Source: an uncultured bacterium
GTDB lineage: Bacteria > Chloroflexota > UBA5177 > JANWHV01
Reading direction: 5' to 3'
DNA: 64,000 bases
NCBI GenBank assembly: GCA_963827235.1
Contig: CAWHAE010000009.1
Coordinates: 96,001 to 160,000, forward strand
The position numbers and the translations under genes are program-made. Under the pieces are notes generated by a model. That model was not told where the DNA came from, searched no databases, and was given only the letters and a program-made list of their open reading frames with translations. Shown here in pieces: positions 28,729 through 40,839 of the stretch (position 1 is its first letter; every line of letters starts with the position of its first letter).

Positions 28729-29160
28729 ATGGAAGTGATGCATATACACATTAGCTGCCGGCCCAAACCGCTCGTCTACCACTTCGCGTGGGCGCCGATG
28801 CGGTTGAAGCCGGTACTCGTGGGATGTATCGCCGATCGACTGGCGCATCTGCTCACCGAGAAGGCAGAGGTGCTGAACGTGGGACTGCGCAGCCTGCGCA
28901 TTCAGCCCGCTTTCGTCTATCTCATGGTCGAGGCGCCGCCGACCGTTTCCCCTCACAGCATCATCTGCGGCCTGAAAGCACATTCGTCGAGCGTGCTGCG
29001 CAGGGAATTCAAGGAGCTGACTACCATTCCCACCCTCTGGACTCGTGAATATCTCGTCGCGGCGGGCGAAGATGTTTCCGCGGATGACCTGCTCGTCGCG
29101 TTCAACTCGCAGCTCGGCCCCCGGCGATCGCCGGGCCGCCCCCGCTGCACCCGATCCTGA
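28729..29160 (+). mobile_element. tnpA: IS200/IS605-family TnpA (Y1) homolog with degenerate catalytic motifs
   Basis: YHFAWAP..KPVL, LKAHSS..LRREF, LWTREY; HUH position reads PAFVYL and the YxxxQ position reads FNSQ. Confidence 0.75.
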
Positions 29161-29269
29161 AGCTGCGGCAACACGGCGGCTCCGCACCTGTCTGCCGCCG
29201 CTACGCCGGGGTTTCACCGCTCCCGGGCACCGAGCCCGAGAGCTTCAACCGAGAGGAATCTAGACCATC

Positions 29270-31525
<2,256 letters not shown>

Positions 31526-31552
31526 ACCGCGCCGGCGATCCACGCACTGCAC

Positions 31553-31593
31553 GAAGCGGCCGGACCCGAGATTCGGGTCCGGCCGCTTCTTTT
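31553..31593 (+). terminator. intrinsic terminator
   Basis: gaagcggccggacccg-agatt-cgggtccggccgcttc followed by tttt. Confidence 0.85.
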
Positions 31594-31892
31594 CGTCTCC
31601 GGCTCAGCTATCTACGAGAATGGCCGCCCACGGCCGATCTTGAACACACAGGCGTGGTCACACGGCTTCCGCGCGGGCCGATCGATGATCAAGCCTTCCG
31701 GCCTGAGTCGCCAGCTCAGTGTGCCGTGCCACCCCCGTACATCGTCACGGTGCCTGCGGGCAGCACTGAGTGACGGTGTTCTCAGTGACCGTAGCCGAGA
31801 AGGTCACCGCCGGACGGTCCTGGGAAGGGCCGGCGCTCGACATGGCGAGCCGGCGCGCGGCCCGAGTGGCAGACCGGGCCCGGCACCCAGAC

Positions 31893-32237
31893 CTATCCGT
31901 AGGCAGCGGGCGGCAGTGGCAGCTCAGGCCCTGGCCAGCGCGGGCGGCCCAGCTGCCGGCGCAGTGCGGCGACCCGCTCCGGCGTCCGGATCGGGATGAC
32001 GTAGACGGGGATGTGCTCGTCCCACTGCAGCTCCAGCATCCGGTCGAGCACCAGATCGGTAACCTCGTCAGGATCCTCAGTGTCGACCACGGCGGTGATA
32101 TGCGTGACCCGGGGATCTTCCTCCGCCGGCTCAACTCGGATGTCCGCGCTCGGATACCGCTGCCTCACCAGGCCGCTGAGCTCCTGGATCGCGGCCTGAC
32201 GCCGGGCGTCGAGCCCAGCCAGATACTCGTCGTTCAT
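31893..32237 (-). CDS. degenerate MNT (nucleotidyltransferase-like) partner of the HEPN protein
   Basis: ATGA-coupled to the HEPN gene; MNT-like size and topology but no GS..D.D motif. Confidence 0.55.
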   Translation of the reverse strand: MNDEYLAGLDARRQAAIQELSGLVRQRYPSADIRVEPAEEDPRVTHITAVVDTEDPDEVTDLVLDRMLELQWDEHIPVYVIPIRTPERVAALRRQLGRPRWPGPELPLPPAAYG

Positions 32238-32635
32238 GATGCCTTGCCGCACTGCGACCGGATCGCGGCCAGAAACACTCGCGCACGCTGAAGCGCCCGT
32301 CTCGCCTGCAGCTCGCTCACCAGATCCTCCTTGTAGTCCGCTGCTTCCCGCGATAGGTACAGCCGCGGCAGTACGTCGCGCAACTCCGCCTGATAGACCT
32401 TTCGCCGAGGGATCAGCTCGCGAGCAAACAACGCCTGCGCCTGTTCGTGACTCCACGCCGCTTGTCGCGCTGGCGGCACCAGGCCGGCAGCGCGCAACGC
32501 AGCGACCGCAGCTTGAAAACAGCAGTAGTAGCAGCGGTTCGCCATGTTGTTGTATCTGCCATTGGCGTACTCGCTAGCTGCGCCCGCCAGACTCTCTTCG
32601 GCCTTGCTGAAGTAGATGTCCTCGACTTCTGCCAT
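32234..32635 (-). CDS. HEPN domain protein (UPF0332-like)
   Basis: KAEESL..ANRCYYCCFQAAVAAL..SH..REAADY. Confidence 0.85.
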   Translation of the reverse strand: MAEVEDIYFSKAEESLAGAASEYANGRYNNMANRCYYCCFQAAVAALRAAGLVPPARQAAWSHEQAQALFARELIPRRKVYQAELRDVLPRLYLSREAADYKEDLVSELQARRALQRARVFLAAIRSQCGKAS

Positions 32636-32799
32636 GGCATGCATTCTACCGCAAGGCTGGACACGCACGCTGGGCGCGAAGCACGAAGACCCGCCGATCT
32701 CCACTACGGTGCCCTGCTGTAGACTGACTACTGCCGCACTGCGGGACCGCCGCGGTGCCGAGCCTTGCCTGCCTGCGTACATAGACTGGGAGAGCTCAC

Positions 32800-33237
32800 A
32801 TGTCCCTCGACGAAACCCCTATCGACAGTCAGGCCGACTGGGTGGCGGAGCATTTGCGCCGGTACCTGGCCACCGGCGGCGAGGAAGGCCACGTGTGGCG
32901 CGGTGCGACCACCCTGGCCCTGACCACACTCGGACGGCGCTCCGGCAAGCCGCGCCGGACCATGCTGATCTACGGTAAGGACGGCGACCGCTACGTCGTC
33001 GTGGCCTCCAAAGGCGGAGCGCCCGAGAACCCGCTGTGGTACGAGAACCTGGCCGCCAACCCCGAAGTCGTCGTCCAGGTGCTTGCCGACCGCTTCCACG
33101 CTCGCGCCCGCACCGCCACGGCAGAGGAGAAGCCGCGACTCTGGAAGCTCATGTGCGGCATCTGGCCGGACTACGCGCAGTATCAGAAGCAGACCACTCG
33201 CGAGATACCCGTCGTGGTGCTGGAGCGAGTACAGTAG
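32800..33237 (+). CDS. deazaflavin (F420)-dependent nitroreductase family protein
   Basis: LTTLGRRSGKPR, VVASKGGAPENPLWYENL, YQKQTTREIPVVVLE. Confidence 0.92.
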   Translation: MSLDETPIDSQADWVAEHLRRYLATGGEEGHVWRGATTLALTTLGRRSGKPRRTMLIYGKDGDRYVVVASKGGAPENPLWYENLAANPEVVVQVLADRFHARARTATAEEKPRLWKLMCGIWPDYAQYQKQTTREIPVVVLERVQ

Positions 33238-33280
33238 TCCACCGGCAACCGAAGGCCGCCGGCCGCGGGATCGCTGCCGT

Positions 33281-34900
33281 TCAGTGCTGCACCACGTAGG
33301 CGCCGGGCGCCATGCCGGCCTTGCGCGCGTGCCCGTCACGGTCGACGCCGATCGCGTCGGCGGAGACGAAGCTTTCAGACGGCAGGCCGGCGCCGGCTCG
33401 ATCGCCGGCAGGAAACTCGGGAACCGGCACGGTCGATGCTCCGGCAGGCAGCGTGCCGGCGCGCACGTGGAAGTCTCCCGCGGTCGCGTCGACGAACCCG
33501 GGTCTCGCGGCGTTCCACGCGTTGTCCGCTCGTAGCTGAGCAGGGTTGCAGGTGCTGTTCGCAGGCCGGCAGCCCTGGTCCGGCTCCTCCGGACCGAGCT
33601 CCAGGTCCGCGGGACCGTTCCAGATCACGTTGCCTTGGAGGCGAAGGTCGTCGTCGGCATGCACCACCGGCGGCAGATGCAGTCCCGCCGGCGGCTTCGC
33701 CGGGCCGGCCACGGCGATCTGGCTGTACATTGTGCGAGCAGGCGGCGGATTGACCACCAGGTTGTCGTACACGTACACGTTCCTGTTTGGAATCACTTCC
33801 AGCCCATCGCCGGCGACCGCGCTGCCCCACGCCCCCTGTGCAGAGTTGGCGCGGCAGACCTCCGGGTGGCCGCAGCCGCGCATGCCGAACGCGAACAGCA
33901 TGAGAGCGCTGCCGGCATGCTGATCCGTGCCCACGCGATACAGGGTGTTGCCCACGAATGCGACGTCGAAGGCGCCGCGCGCGGCCAGTCCGGCGTTGCT
34001 TGTGTCGTGCACGATATCGTTCACGAAGACCATGTTGTAGGCCTCGAAGCGGAACCACGGCCGCACCAGGAATTCCAGGCCGCTGCCCTCGCCGGCGGAC
34101 ATGCCCACTTCGGCGCAGTCAAAGATCTCGTCGTCGTCGACCAGGAACGACGTGGAACCGCCCTTGAGCACCATGCAGTCGTCGCCGGCGCGGTGCACAC
34201 GGGAGCCCGTAATGTGGCCGTACTGGACGGCCATCGTATCCACGGCAAACCAGTAGGCACCGCCGATATCGGAGTCCTCCACGAACAGGTACCTCGACTG
34301 GTTCGCCTTGAGCGTCTCCTGCGGCTGGTTCTTGGTTCCGTCAAAGCCGTTCAGCGTGCAGTCGCGGATCAGGATGTGGTCGGTCTTCTCCAGGTGGATG
34401 ACGTCGCCGCCGCCTCCGTAGCCGCGATCGGTCAGCACGTCCAGGCCAATCAGGTAGAGGTACCGCGTGTCGTAGATATTGAGATACCCGTGCAGCCGCA
34501 CGGAGTGCGCGCCCGCGGCCGCCTGCACCACGATCGGGGCGCTGAAGGTGCCGTAGCGCGACTGCCAGTAGGTGGGCAGCGCGCTCTCCGGGTAGTCGCC
34601 CGGCGCCAGCAGAATCCGGTAGCCCGTCTTCAGCGTCGCGTGCGAAGGCAACGCCCGCCAGGCAGCGTCGAGCGTGCGCAGGGCGCGATCGGGAGCAGAG
34701 CCGTCGGCTGCGTCGCTCCCGTGCCTGTAATCGACGAACAGCGGCCGTAGGTGGGGAGATCCCATGTCATACCGCGGACTCGCCCACGAACGGTCCCCGG
34801 ACGCCGTCGCGCGGCTTAGGCCGGCCCGCGAGGCACCCGCATGTGTGGCCGGCTGGCTCACACACAGCGCGACGATGAGCGTGCAGCGAAGGATGCGGAT
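33281..34900 (-). CDS. secreted right-handed parallel beta-helix protein (start uncertain)
   Basis: signal-like N-terminus; GSDAADGSAPDRALRTL, ILLAPGDY, repeated beta-helix rungs, C-terminal GAY. Confidence 0.75.
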   Translation of the reverse strand: MRILRCTLIVALCVSQPATHAGASRAGLSRATASGDRSWASPRYDMGSPHLRPLFVDYRHGSDAADGSAPDRALRTLDAAWRALPSHATLKTGYRILLAPGDYPESALPTYWQSRYGTFSAPIVVQAAAGAHSVRLHGYLNIYDTRYLYLIGLDVLTDRGYGGGGDVIHLEKTDHILIRDCTLNGFDGTKNQPQETLKANQSRYLFVEDSDIGGAYWFAVDTMAVQYGHITGSRVHRAGDDCMVLKGGSTSFLVDDDEIFDCAEVGMSAGEGSGLEFLVRPWFRFEAYNMVFVNDIVHDTSNAGLAARGAFDVAFVGNTLYRVGTDQHAGSALMLFAFGMRGCGHPEVCRANSAQGAWGSAVAGDGLEVIPNRNVYVYDNLVVNPPPARTMYSQIAVAGPAKPPAGLHLPPVVHADDDLRLQGNVIWNGPADLELGPEEPDQGCRPANSTCNPAQLRADNAWNAARPGFVDATAGDFHVRAGTLPAGASTVPVPEFPAGDRAGAGLPSESFVSADAIGVDRDGHARKAGMAPGAYVVQH

Positions 34901-35145
34901 CAGTCTCACAAGAACCACCCGCGAGTATTTGCTTGCCGGCTGCTGAGGATCAGGATGCGGGTACCGGCGGCAGCCGGCAATAGCCCATGCGTACGTTCCC
35001 GGCCCGCCGCGCACCGCGCTTGGATATCCGTAGATTGCCGGGCAGTGCTGCCGCGCCGCCGCGCCGTTGCTGCTTGAGAATTCGTGGAGCACCGACTACA
35101 CTGGCAATCAGCACACTGGTTTCACCAATCCATGGGGCGGATGGT

Positions 35146-35625
35146 ATGGACTTCCTGAGCTGGACGGCAGAGCGGTACGCCGACCGCTGCATCGAACAAG
35201 CTCAACAACACATAGAGGAGCTCGTCCTGGCGGCCGGCATGGCCACTCCCAGGGGCGCGCACAAGGCGCTGGGGTCGACGCTGGCCGGCCTTGGCGGTGC
35301 CCTTGCCACGACCGCCATGATTGGCGTCGGCATGTTCCGCATCCCGAGCGGCGAGACCGTGAAGAAGGCCGTCGCCAACCACCTTATCGCCGTCACGACC
35401 CACCGCGTCTACCTGTTCAACGCCAGCCCGTTGATCAAGGTCATCGGCGAGGGAGTCTCCTGGATGCGGAGCGATGTCAGGACAAGCGTGGAACAGGGCC
35501 CTGTGACCTGGAAGGTCACGCTCTACCCACCGCGTATCGACCCGCTCAGCCTCGAGCTCTACGTGACGGGATCCGCTCACCCCAACAAGCAGGTCGTCGC
35601 CCTGCTCATGCAGAACCCTGCATAG
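35146..35625 (+). CDS. hypothetical protein (possible PH-like C-terminus)
   Basis: LIAVTTHRVYLF; hydrophobic Gly-rich segment. Confidence 0.55.
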   Translation: MDFLSWTAERYADRCIEQAQQHIEELVLAAGMATPRGAHKALGSTLAGLGGALATTAMIGVGMFRIPSGETVKKAVANHLIAVTTHRVYLFNASPLIKVIGEGVSWMRSDVRTSVEQGPVTWKVTLYPPRIDPLSLELYVTGSAHPNKQVVALLMQNPA

Positions 35626-35653
35626 CTCGCCGTACCTCACACGGCCCGCCTCT

Positions 35654-36142
35654 TCATCCCGCCGCCGGCGCGGCGAGCGCCTGCTCGACCTCCTGCGCGT
35701 GGCCGCTGGCGTGTCTGCCGCCGATCATGATCAGCAGGTCGGCCAGTGCCCGCTCGCCGCCGCGCGGCAGCAGGATGAGCCGCGCGAGCAGATCGTCCGG
35801 CGCCGCCTGTACTCGCAGCCCCAGCGCCTCCTGTCCGGCCTGGAACGCGGCCAGCAGCTCGCCTTTGCTCTTGCTCACGTATTCTCCAACCAGCTGGTGA
35901 TTGCGCTCGTCCATGCTGCCCGGACCGCCGAATATCGGTTCGCCCTCCACGGCGCGCTGCAGCATGCGCTCGTACATCGCCTGGCCTGCTGCAAGGTGCG
36001 CCAGCACTTCCTTCGCCGTCCAGCCGCCCTCCGCTTGGTGAACTCGCATGCCCAGCTGGTCCTCCGAGAGCGGGCCGAACGTACGCACCACGTCGGCGGT
36101 CCCCTGGCGGATTGCTTCGAGCACCTCGGTCTTGTTTGCCAT
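35654..36142 (-). CDS. DinB/YfiT family protein
   Basis: GWTAKEVLAHL ... HASGHAQEV. Confidence 0.82.
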   Translation of the reverse strand: MANKTEVLEAIRQGTADVVRTFGPLSEDQLGMRVHQAEGGWTAKEVLAHLAAGQAMYERMLQRAVEGEPIFGGPGSMDERNHQLVGEYVSKSKGELLAAFQAGQEALGLRVQAAPDDLLARLILLPRGGERALADLLIMIGGRHASGHAQEVEQALAAPAAG

Positions 36143-36645
36143 TGCCGTCACCCCATCTTCCCGCGCCATTCAGCCGGGCGGCTCGATTGCCGCGCGTGGC
36201 CGGTGCGGAATAGGCTTCTTCGCCAGTATCACTGTACCGATCTCGACCACCTCGCTGCAGCCAACCGCGCGTCTCGCAGCCGCGCCTTCTGCTGCTTCAC
36301 TTCGTCCGAACCCCGGTCATACGAGCTGCAGAAGAGGTGAAACTGGCCGCAGCCGGCTTGTACCCTGCCATCCTGCCTCAGCTGGAGGCCGCCGGCCCCG
36401 TCTCAGCCCCTGGGGCTGGAAGCCCCGTCCCCAGTTGCTATCATGCAGGCACGGGCATCGACGGCGAGTGCGCCGCTCCAGGATCGCCGATAGAAAGACC
36501 GAAGCATGAAACTTGCCGCGCCGCGGACCACCTCCTACCGTGAGCACCTGCTCGTGGCGTGCGCCTGGCAGGGCATGGCGGCGGCAGGCGTCCGGAACCG
36601 ACCCGCGGGTGCCGGACGCGGCAGTGCCCATTCGCGGAGCCGGCA

Positions 36646-37722
36646 ATGAGAGGAACAATAGCCGATCGCTCGCGATCGATCCCGGGCAGCCTGGTCGTGG
36701 GCTGCGGCGTGGTGGGCGCCGTACACGCGGACGCTCTTGCCGAGCTTGCCCTCACCGGTCGCGGCCGGCTGGCCGGCGTCGTGGACGAGGATCCCGCGCG
36801 GGCGGAGGGCTTCGGCCGACGCTGGGACGTGCCCTGGTCGACCTCGCTGACCGAGGGACTGGCGTGGCCCGGCGCCGATGTGGTGCACGTGTGTGTGCCC
36901 AGCGGACTCCATGCCGCCGTGGGCACGAAAGCGGCCGCCGCCGGCCGGCATGTGCTGGCGGAGAAGCCGATCGACGTCACCCTGGCGCGGGCCGACGATC
37001 TGATTGCCGCCTGCACTGCCGCGGGCGTCGTTCTGGGCGTGGTCTTCCAGCATCGCTTCGACCCCGGCTTTCGGGAGCTTCTGGCCCTCGTGCAAGCCGG
37101 CGCTCTCGGCCGTCTCGTGCTGGCGGAGGCGCGAGTCAAGTGGTACCGCAGCCAGGGCTACTACGACAGCGCGGCCTGGCGCGGCACATGGCTGCTGGAC
37201 GGCGGCGGCGCCCTGATCAACCAGTCGATCCACTACCTCGATCTGCTCCTCACTCTCTGCGGTCCCGTGCAGTGCGTGACCGCACGCACGGCGACCGCGT
37301 GCCACGCCATCGAGGTAGAAGACATCGCCGCCGCCGTGCTGCGATTCGAGTCCGGCGCCCTGGGCACCGTGCTGGGCAGCACGGCCGTCTTCCCGGGCCT
37401 GCCGGAGCGGCTGGAGGTCTCGGGTACCGAGGGCAGCGCCATTCTCGAGGACGGCGAGCTCGTCCTGCGGGCCACCAAGAAGGACATCGGTCCCGTCGGC
37501 TCGCACGGTCTCGTCGCAGTTCCAGCCCAGCTGCCGTCACAGGCGCCACACGAACCGCCCTACGGCGGCCGCCACACGGACCAGATCGCCGATTTCCTGC
37601 GCGCCGTCCGGCAGGGCAGCAGGCCAACCGTGACCGCGGAGGCAGGCCGGGCAGCCCTGGCGCTGGTGCTGGCTATCTACGAGGCCGCCGCAACGGGCAC
37701 CGAGGTGCGGCCCGCGCGATGA
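36646..37722 (+). CDS. Gfo/Idh/MocA family oxidoreductase
   Basis: VGCGVVG, HVLAEKP, GGGALINQSIHYLD. Confidence 0.9.
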   Translation: MRGTIADRSRSIPGSLVVGCGVVGAVHADALAELALTGRGRLAGVVDEDPARAEGFGRRWDVPWSTSLTEGLAWPGADVVHVCVPSGLHAAVGTKAAAAGRHVLAEKPIDVTLARADDLIAACTAAGVVLGVVFQHRFDPGFRELLALVQAGALGRLVLAEARVKWYRSQGYYDSAAWRGTWLLDGGGALINQSIHYLDLLLTLCGPVQCVTARTATACHAIEVEDIAAAVLRFESGALGTVLGSTAVFPGLPERLEVSGTEGSAILEDGELVLRATKKDIGPVGSHGLVAVPAQLPSQAPHEPPYGGRHTDQIADFLRAVRQGSRPTVTAEAGRAALALVLAIYEAAATGTEVRPAR

Positions 37723-37726
37723 TCGC

Positions 37727-37819
37727 CGCCTTGGCGATCACAATAGCGTCACCGCCGGCAACCTCTTCGACCAAACGGGATAGATGGGTCTTGGCCTCGT
37801 GGATGTTGACCTGGCGCAC
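37727..37819 (-). pseudogene. Phd/YefM antitoxin N-terminal remnant
   Basis: VNIHEAKTHLSRLVEEVAGGDAIVIAKA, truncated at the end of the convergent gene. Confidence 0.75.
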
Positions 37820-37963
37820 GGCACAACTCTGGTGATAAGACTGGACTAAGTCTCGTCCACTATAGCCGAGCTGACCAGAAAGGACAGGTGGCACGTACGG
37901 ACTGCCTGCCGGCGCCGGCTGAAAATGGCAGGGAGCCGGTACACTGACCTGAGGAGTCAGGTG

Positions 37964-38839
37964 ATGCGGATAAACACCGTGGGCATCATGATGCCGGGGG
38001 ACATGGGACACGCGGTGGGCCGCGTGCTGCGCGAAGGTGGGCTGCGCGTGGTCACCTGCCTGCAGGGACGCAGTGCGCGCACCCGGGGCCGCGCCGCCAC
38101 GGCGGGCATCGAGGCGCTACCTGATGATGCCGCCCTCGTCCGCGAGGCGGACGTGATCCTGTCTATCCTCGCGCCGGCCCATGCGCCCGCGCTGGCCGAG
38201 CGGATCGCCGGCGCCCTGCGGACAACCGGTGCGACGCTGCTTTTCGTCGACTGCAACGCGGTCGCGCCGCAGACGGTGCGCGACGTCGGCGCGGTGCTGA
38301 CGGAGGCAGGGGCTCGTTTCGTCGACGCCGGCATCATCGGCGGCCCGCCAAAGCCCGGCGCGGCGGGACCGCGCGTCTACGCGTCCGGGCCGGACGCCGC
38401 GGATCTGCTGTCCCTGCGCGAGGCCGGTCTGGATGTGCGGCTCGCCGGTTCGGCCATCGGCCAGGCGTCGGGTCTCAAGATGTGTTATGCCGCCTTGAGC
38501 AAGGGGTTCACCGCCCTGGCAACGGAGGCGTTGATGGCCGGCAGATTGCTGGGCCTGGAAGCGGAGCTGCGCGCCGAGCTGACCGAGAGTCAGGGCGCGA
38601 TGCTTGCCTGGATCGAGAGCGCGCTCCCGGGCATGCCGCCCAAAGCCTGGCGCTGGGTCGGCGAGATGGAAGAGATCGCCGCCACCTTTGGCGCGGTGGG
38701 CCTGCCGTCGGATCTGTTCGAGGCAGCCGCGGCCTTCTACAGCATGGTGGCACAACAGGCACATGCGGACCGAAACGCGCTCGTGCCCGGTAGCCGGGCG
38801 TCCGACGTGATTGCTCGGTTGACTGCCATTCTGCCGTGA
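37964..38839 (+). CDS. NAD(P)-dependent 6PGD-like oxidoreductase (DUF1932 type)
   Basis: GIMMPGDMG, VDCNAVAP, LKMCYA, KAWRWVGEMEEIA. Confidence 0.88.
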   Translation: MRINTVGIMMPGDMGHAVGRVLREGGLRVVTCLQGRSARTRGRAATAGIEALPDDAALVREADVILSILAPAHAPALAERIAGALRTTGATLLFVDCNAVAPQTVRDVGAVLTEAGARFVDAGIIGGPPKPGAAGPRVYASGPDAADLLSLREAGLDVRLAGSAIGQASGLKMCYAALSKGFTALATEALMAGRLLGLEAELRAELTESQGAMLAWIESALPGMPPKAWRWVGEMEEIAATFGAVGLPSDLFEAAAAFYSMVAQQAHADRNALVPGSRASDVIARLTAILP

Positions 38840-39105
38840 CCGGAGACACCACGAGTCCGCTGTGCCGCACAGTCGATTGGGAAGCACGTAGACGGAGCGC
38901 GCTAGAGCACCAACATAGCGGACAGATCGGTGGGAGACGAGCCGGTGCTCCGCCGGCTGTGCTCAACCAGGCAGCCGATCGCCAGACGGCCGGCCCCAGC
39001 AGAGGGGCCGGCCGTCTGGTTACTGCTACATGCCTCTACGCCTGTACGTAGCGTTCCTGCCGAGCGGATCCTATTCCTTGGCGTGCGCGCCTGCCACGGA
39101 CCGTC

Positions 39106-40086
39106 TCAGGCGAAGGACTGATCCTTGTAGGCCAGCGACGCCGCTCCCTGCACGAAGGTCACTTCCCGGATGCCGATGCGGGAGGGAAGCTCGGGCGCCG
39201 GCACTACGAGCGGCGTGGGCGCTCCCTGGCCGGGAGCATGCAGGGGATAGGCCGTGGATGCCGCGGTGTGCATCACGATGTTGCCTTCCGTCTTGCTCAC
39301 TATCTGGTGGATGTGCCCGTTCAGCGCGGTCACGGAGCCGAACCGCTTCACCAGGGCCAGCACCTGCGTGCTATCCGCGGTGGCCCAGCCCCACTTCGGA
39401 TACACGGCCAGCAGCGGCACGTGGCTGAAGATGACCAGCGGCGTGTCCGAAGAGAGCGGCGCCAGGTCCTTCTTGACGAAGTCGAGCTGCTCGGGGCCGA
39501 GAATGCCCAGCCCGTTGAAAGTGCCGGCGCCGCTCTCGCTCTCTACCTGCTGCACGTTCGCCAGCGTTAGAAAGTGCACGCCTTGGTAGTCGAAACTGCC
39601 GTATCCGGTCCCCTTGGTACCCTTGCCAAACATGCTCAGGTACCGCTTGCCGTGATCGACGAAGACGTCGTGCTCGCCAGGCACGTTGAACGTCCGCTCG
39701 GTCTTGATCGTGCCCATGAGCTGCTTCACCGTGTCGAACTCGTCGACCTTGCTCAGGTGCACATGGTCGCCCGTGTGCACCACGAAGGCGGGACGCTGCG
39801 GCAGGGCGTTGATGCGACGTATCGCCTCTTCGAATGTCCTGGTCACGTCTGTATTGGCCGCTTGGTGGAATCCGATATGGCTGTCGCTGATCTGCACGAA
39901 GGTGAAGTCGGCGGCCTGCGCCGCCTGCCCGCCGCGCAGCGCCTCGGCGAGCGCCGTCGAGCGCACGCGGCCTCCGCTGAGTGACCATACGACGCCCGTG
40001 CCGGCCCAGGCCATGCACTTCAAGAAGCCGCGCCGGTCGATACCGTCGTCCTGGTGGTCGTGGCTGATGAGATCGCTCATGGTCAT
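39106..40086 (-). CDS. Tat-exported metallophosphoesterase
   Basis: DRRGFLK Tat motif; SDSH, HTGD, PGEHD, NGHIH. Confidence 0.9.
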   Translation of the reverse strand: MTMSDLISHDHQDDGIDRRGFLKCMAWAGTGVVWSLSGGRVRSTALAEALRGGQAAQAADFTFVQISDSHIGFHQAANTDVTRTFEEAIRRINALPQRPAFVVHTGDHVHLSKVDEFDTVKQLMGTIKTERTFNVPGEHDVFVDHGKRYLSMFGKGTKGTGYGSFDYQGVHFLTLANVQQVESESGAGTFNGLGILGPEQLDFVKKDLAPLSSDTPLVIFSHVPLLAVYPKWGWATADSTQVLALVKRFGSVTALNGHIHQIVSKTEGNIVMHTAASTAYPLHAPGQGAPTPLVVPAPELPSRIGIREVTFVQGAASLAYKDQSFA

Positions 40087-40532
40087 GCGCCTTTCTTTAC
40101 CGTGACCGTTCCGTGCATGAACGGGTGGATGCTGCAGTAATACGTGAACGTGCCCGGCTTGCCGAACACGCGTGTGAAATGGTCTCCGGTATCCAGCGCT
40201 TCCGAAGTCCAGATGTTCTTCGTGCTCTCGACCGTGTGCGGATCGCTGTCCTCATTGGTCCAGACCAGCTTGGTTCCGGGAGAAACCACGACATCCGCCG
40301 GCGAGAAGGCGAAGTTGCTGATTGTCAGCTGCACCACCCGGCGGTGCAGCATGATCGTCACTTTGGGCTTGGCCGCGGCCGCCCCTGCCATCTGCGCCAT
40401 CTGCGCCGCGTCCATGCCGGCGGCGGGATGCGCCGCCAGGCCGGACGGTGCGCCCAAAGCTACCGAAGCGAGCAGGGCAAGAGATCCCGACGTCGCCAGC
40501 CCCCAAAGGCCGGCTTTTCGTATGTTGAGCAT
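40083..40532 (-). CDS. cupredoxin (amicyanin/plastocyanin-like)
   Basis: signal peptide; WTNEDSDPHTV, YYCSIHPFM type-1 Cu ligands. Confidence 0.9.
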   Translation of the reverse strand: MLNIRKAGLWGLATSGSLALLASVALGAPSGLAAHPAAGMDAAQMAQMAGAAAAKPKVTIMLHRRVVQLTISNFAFSPADVVVSPGTKLVWTNEDSDPHTVESTKNIWTSEALDTGDHFTRVFGKPGTFTYYCSIHPFMHGTVTVKKGA

Positions 40533-40656
40533 GTGCCTAGACTCCATCCATTGCGCTACGTGGTGCATCGCGTGAGGGGTTGCAAGGCGTGCGCCACCGG
40601 CTGCCCCCGGAGTGGCCGGCTCGGCCGGCTCGGCCGGCCCCAGGAATGGGAAGGAA

Positions 40657-40839
40657 GGTGCGCGGTTGTCCGCCGCGGTCAGATGCGCTCGCGCGTGCCC
40701 GGGGCGAGCGCGTGCCCGTTTTCCTCGCCCGGCGTAATGCCGGGCCGGGACGGTGCGCGGTTGTCTGCCGCGGCTAGACGCTCTCGCGCGTGCCCAGGGC
40801 GAGCACGCGGCCGTTTTCTTCGCGCACCGTGATGCCGGG
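40657..40839. repeat. diverged ~88 bp direct duplication of the Rieske gene 3' end
   Basis: ggtgcgcggttgtc..atgccggg at 40657 and 40752 (95 bp period). Confidence 0.8.
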
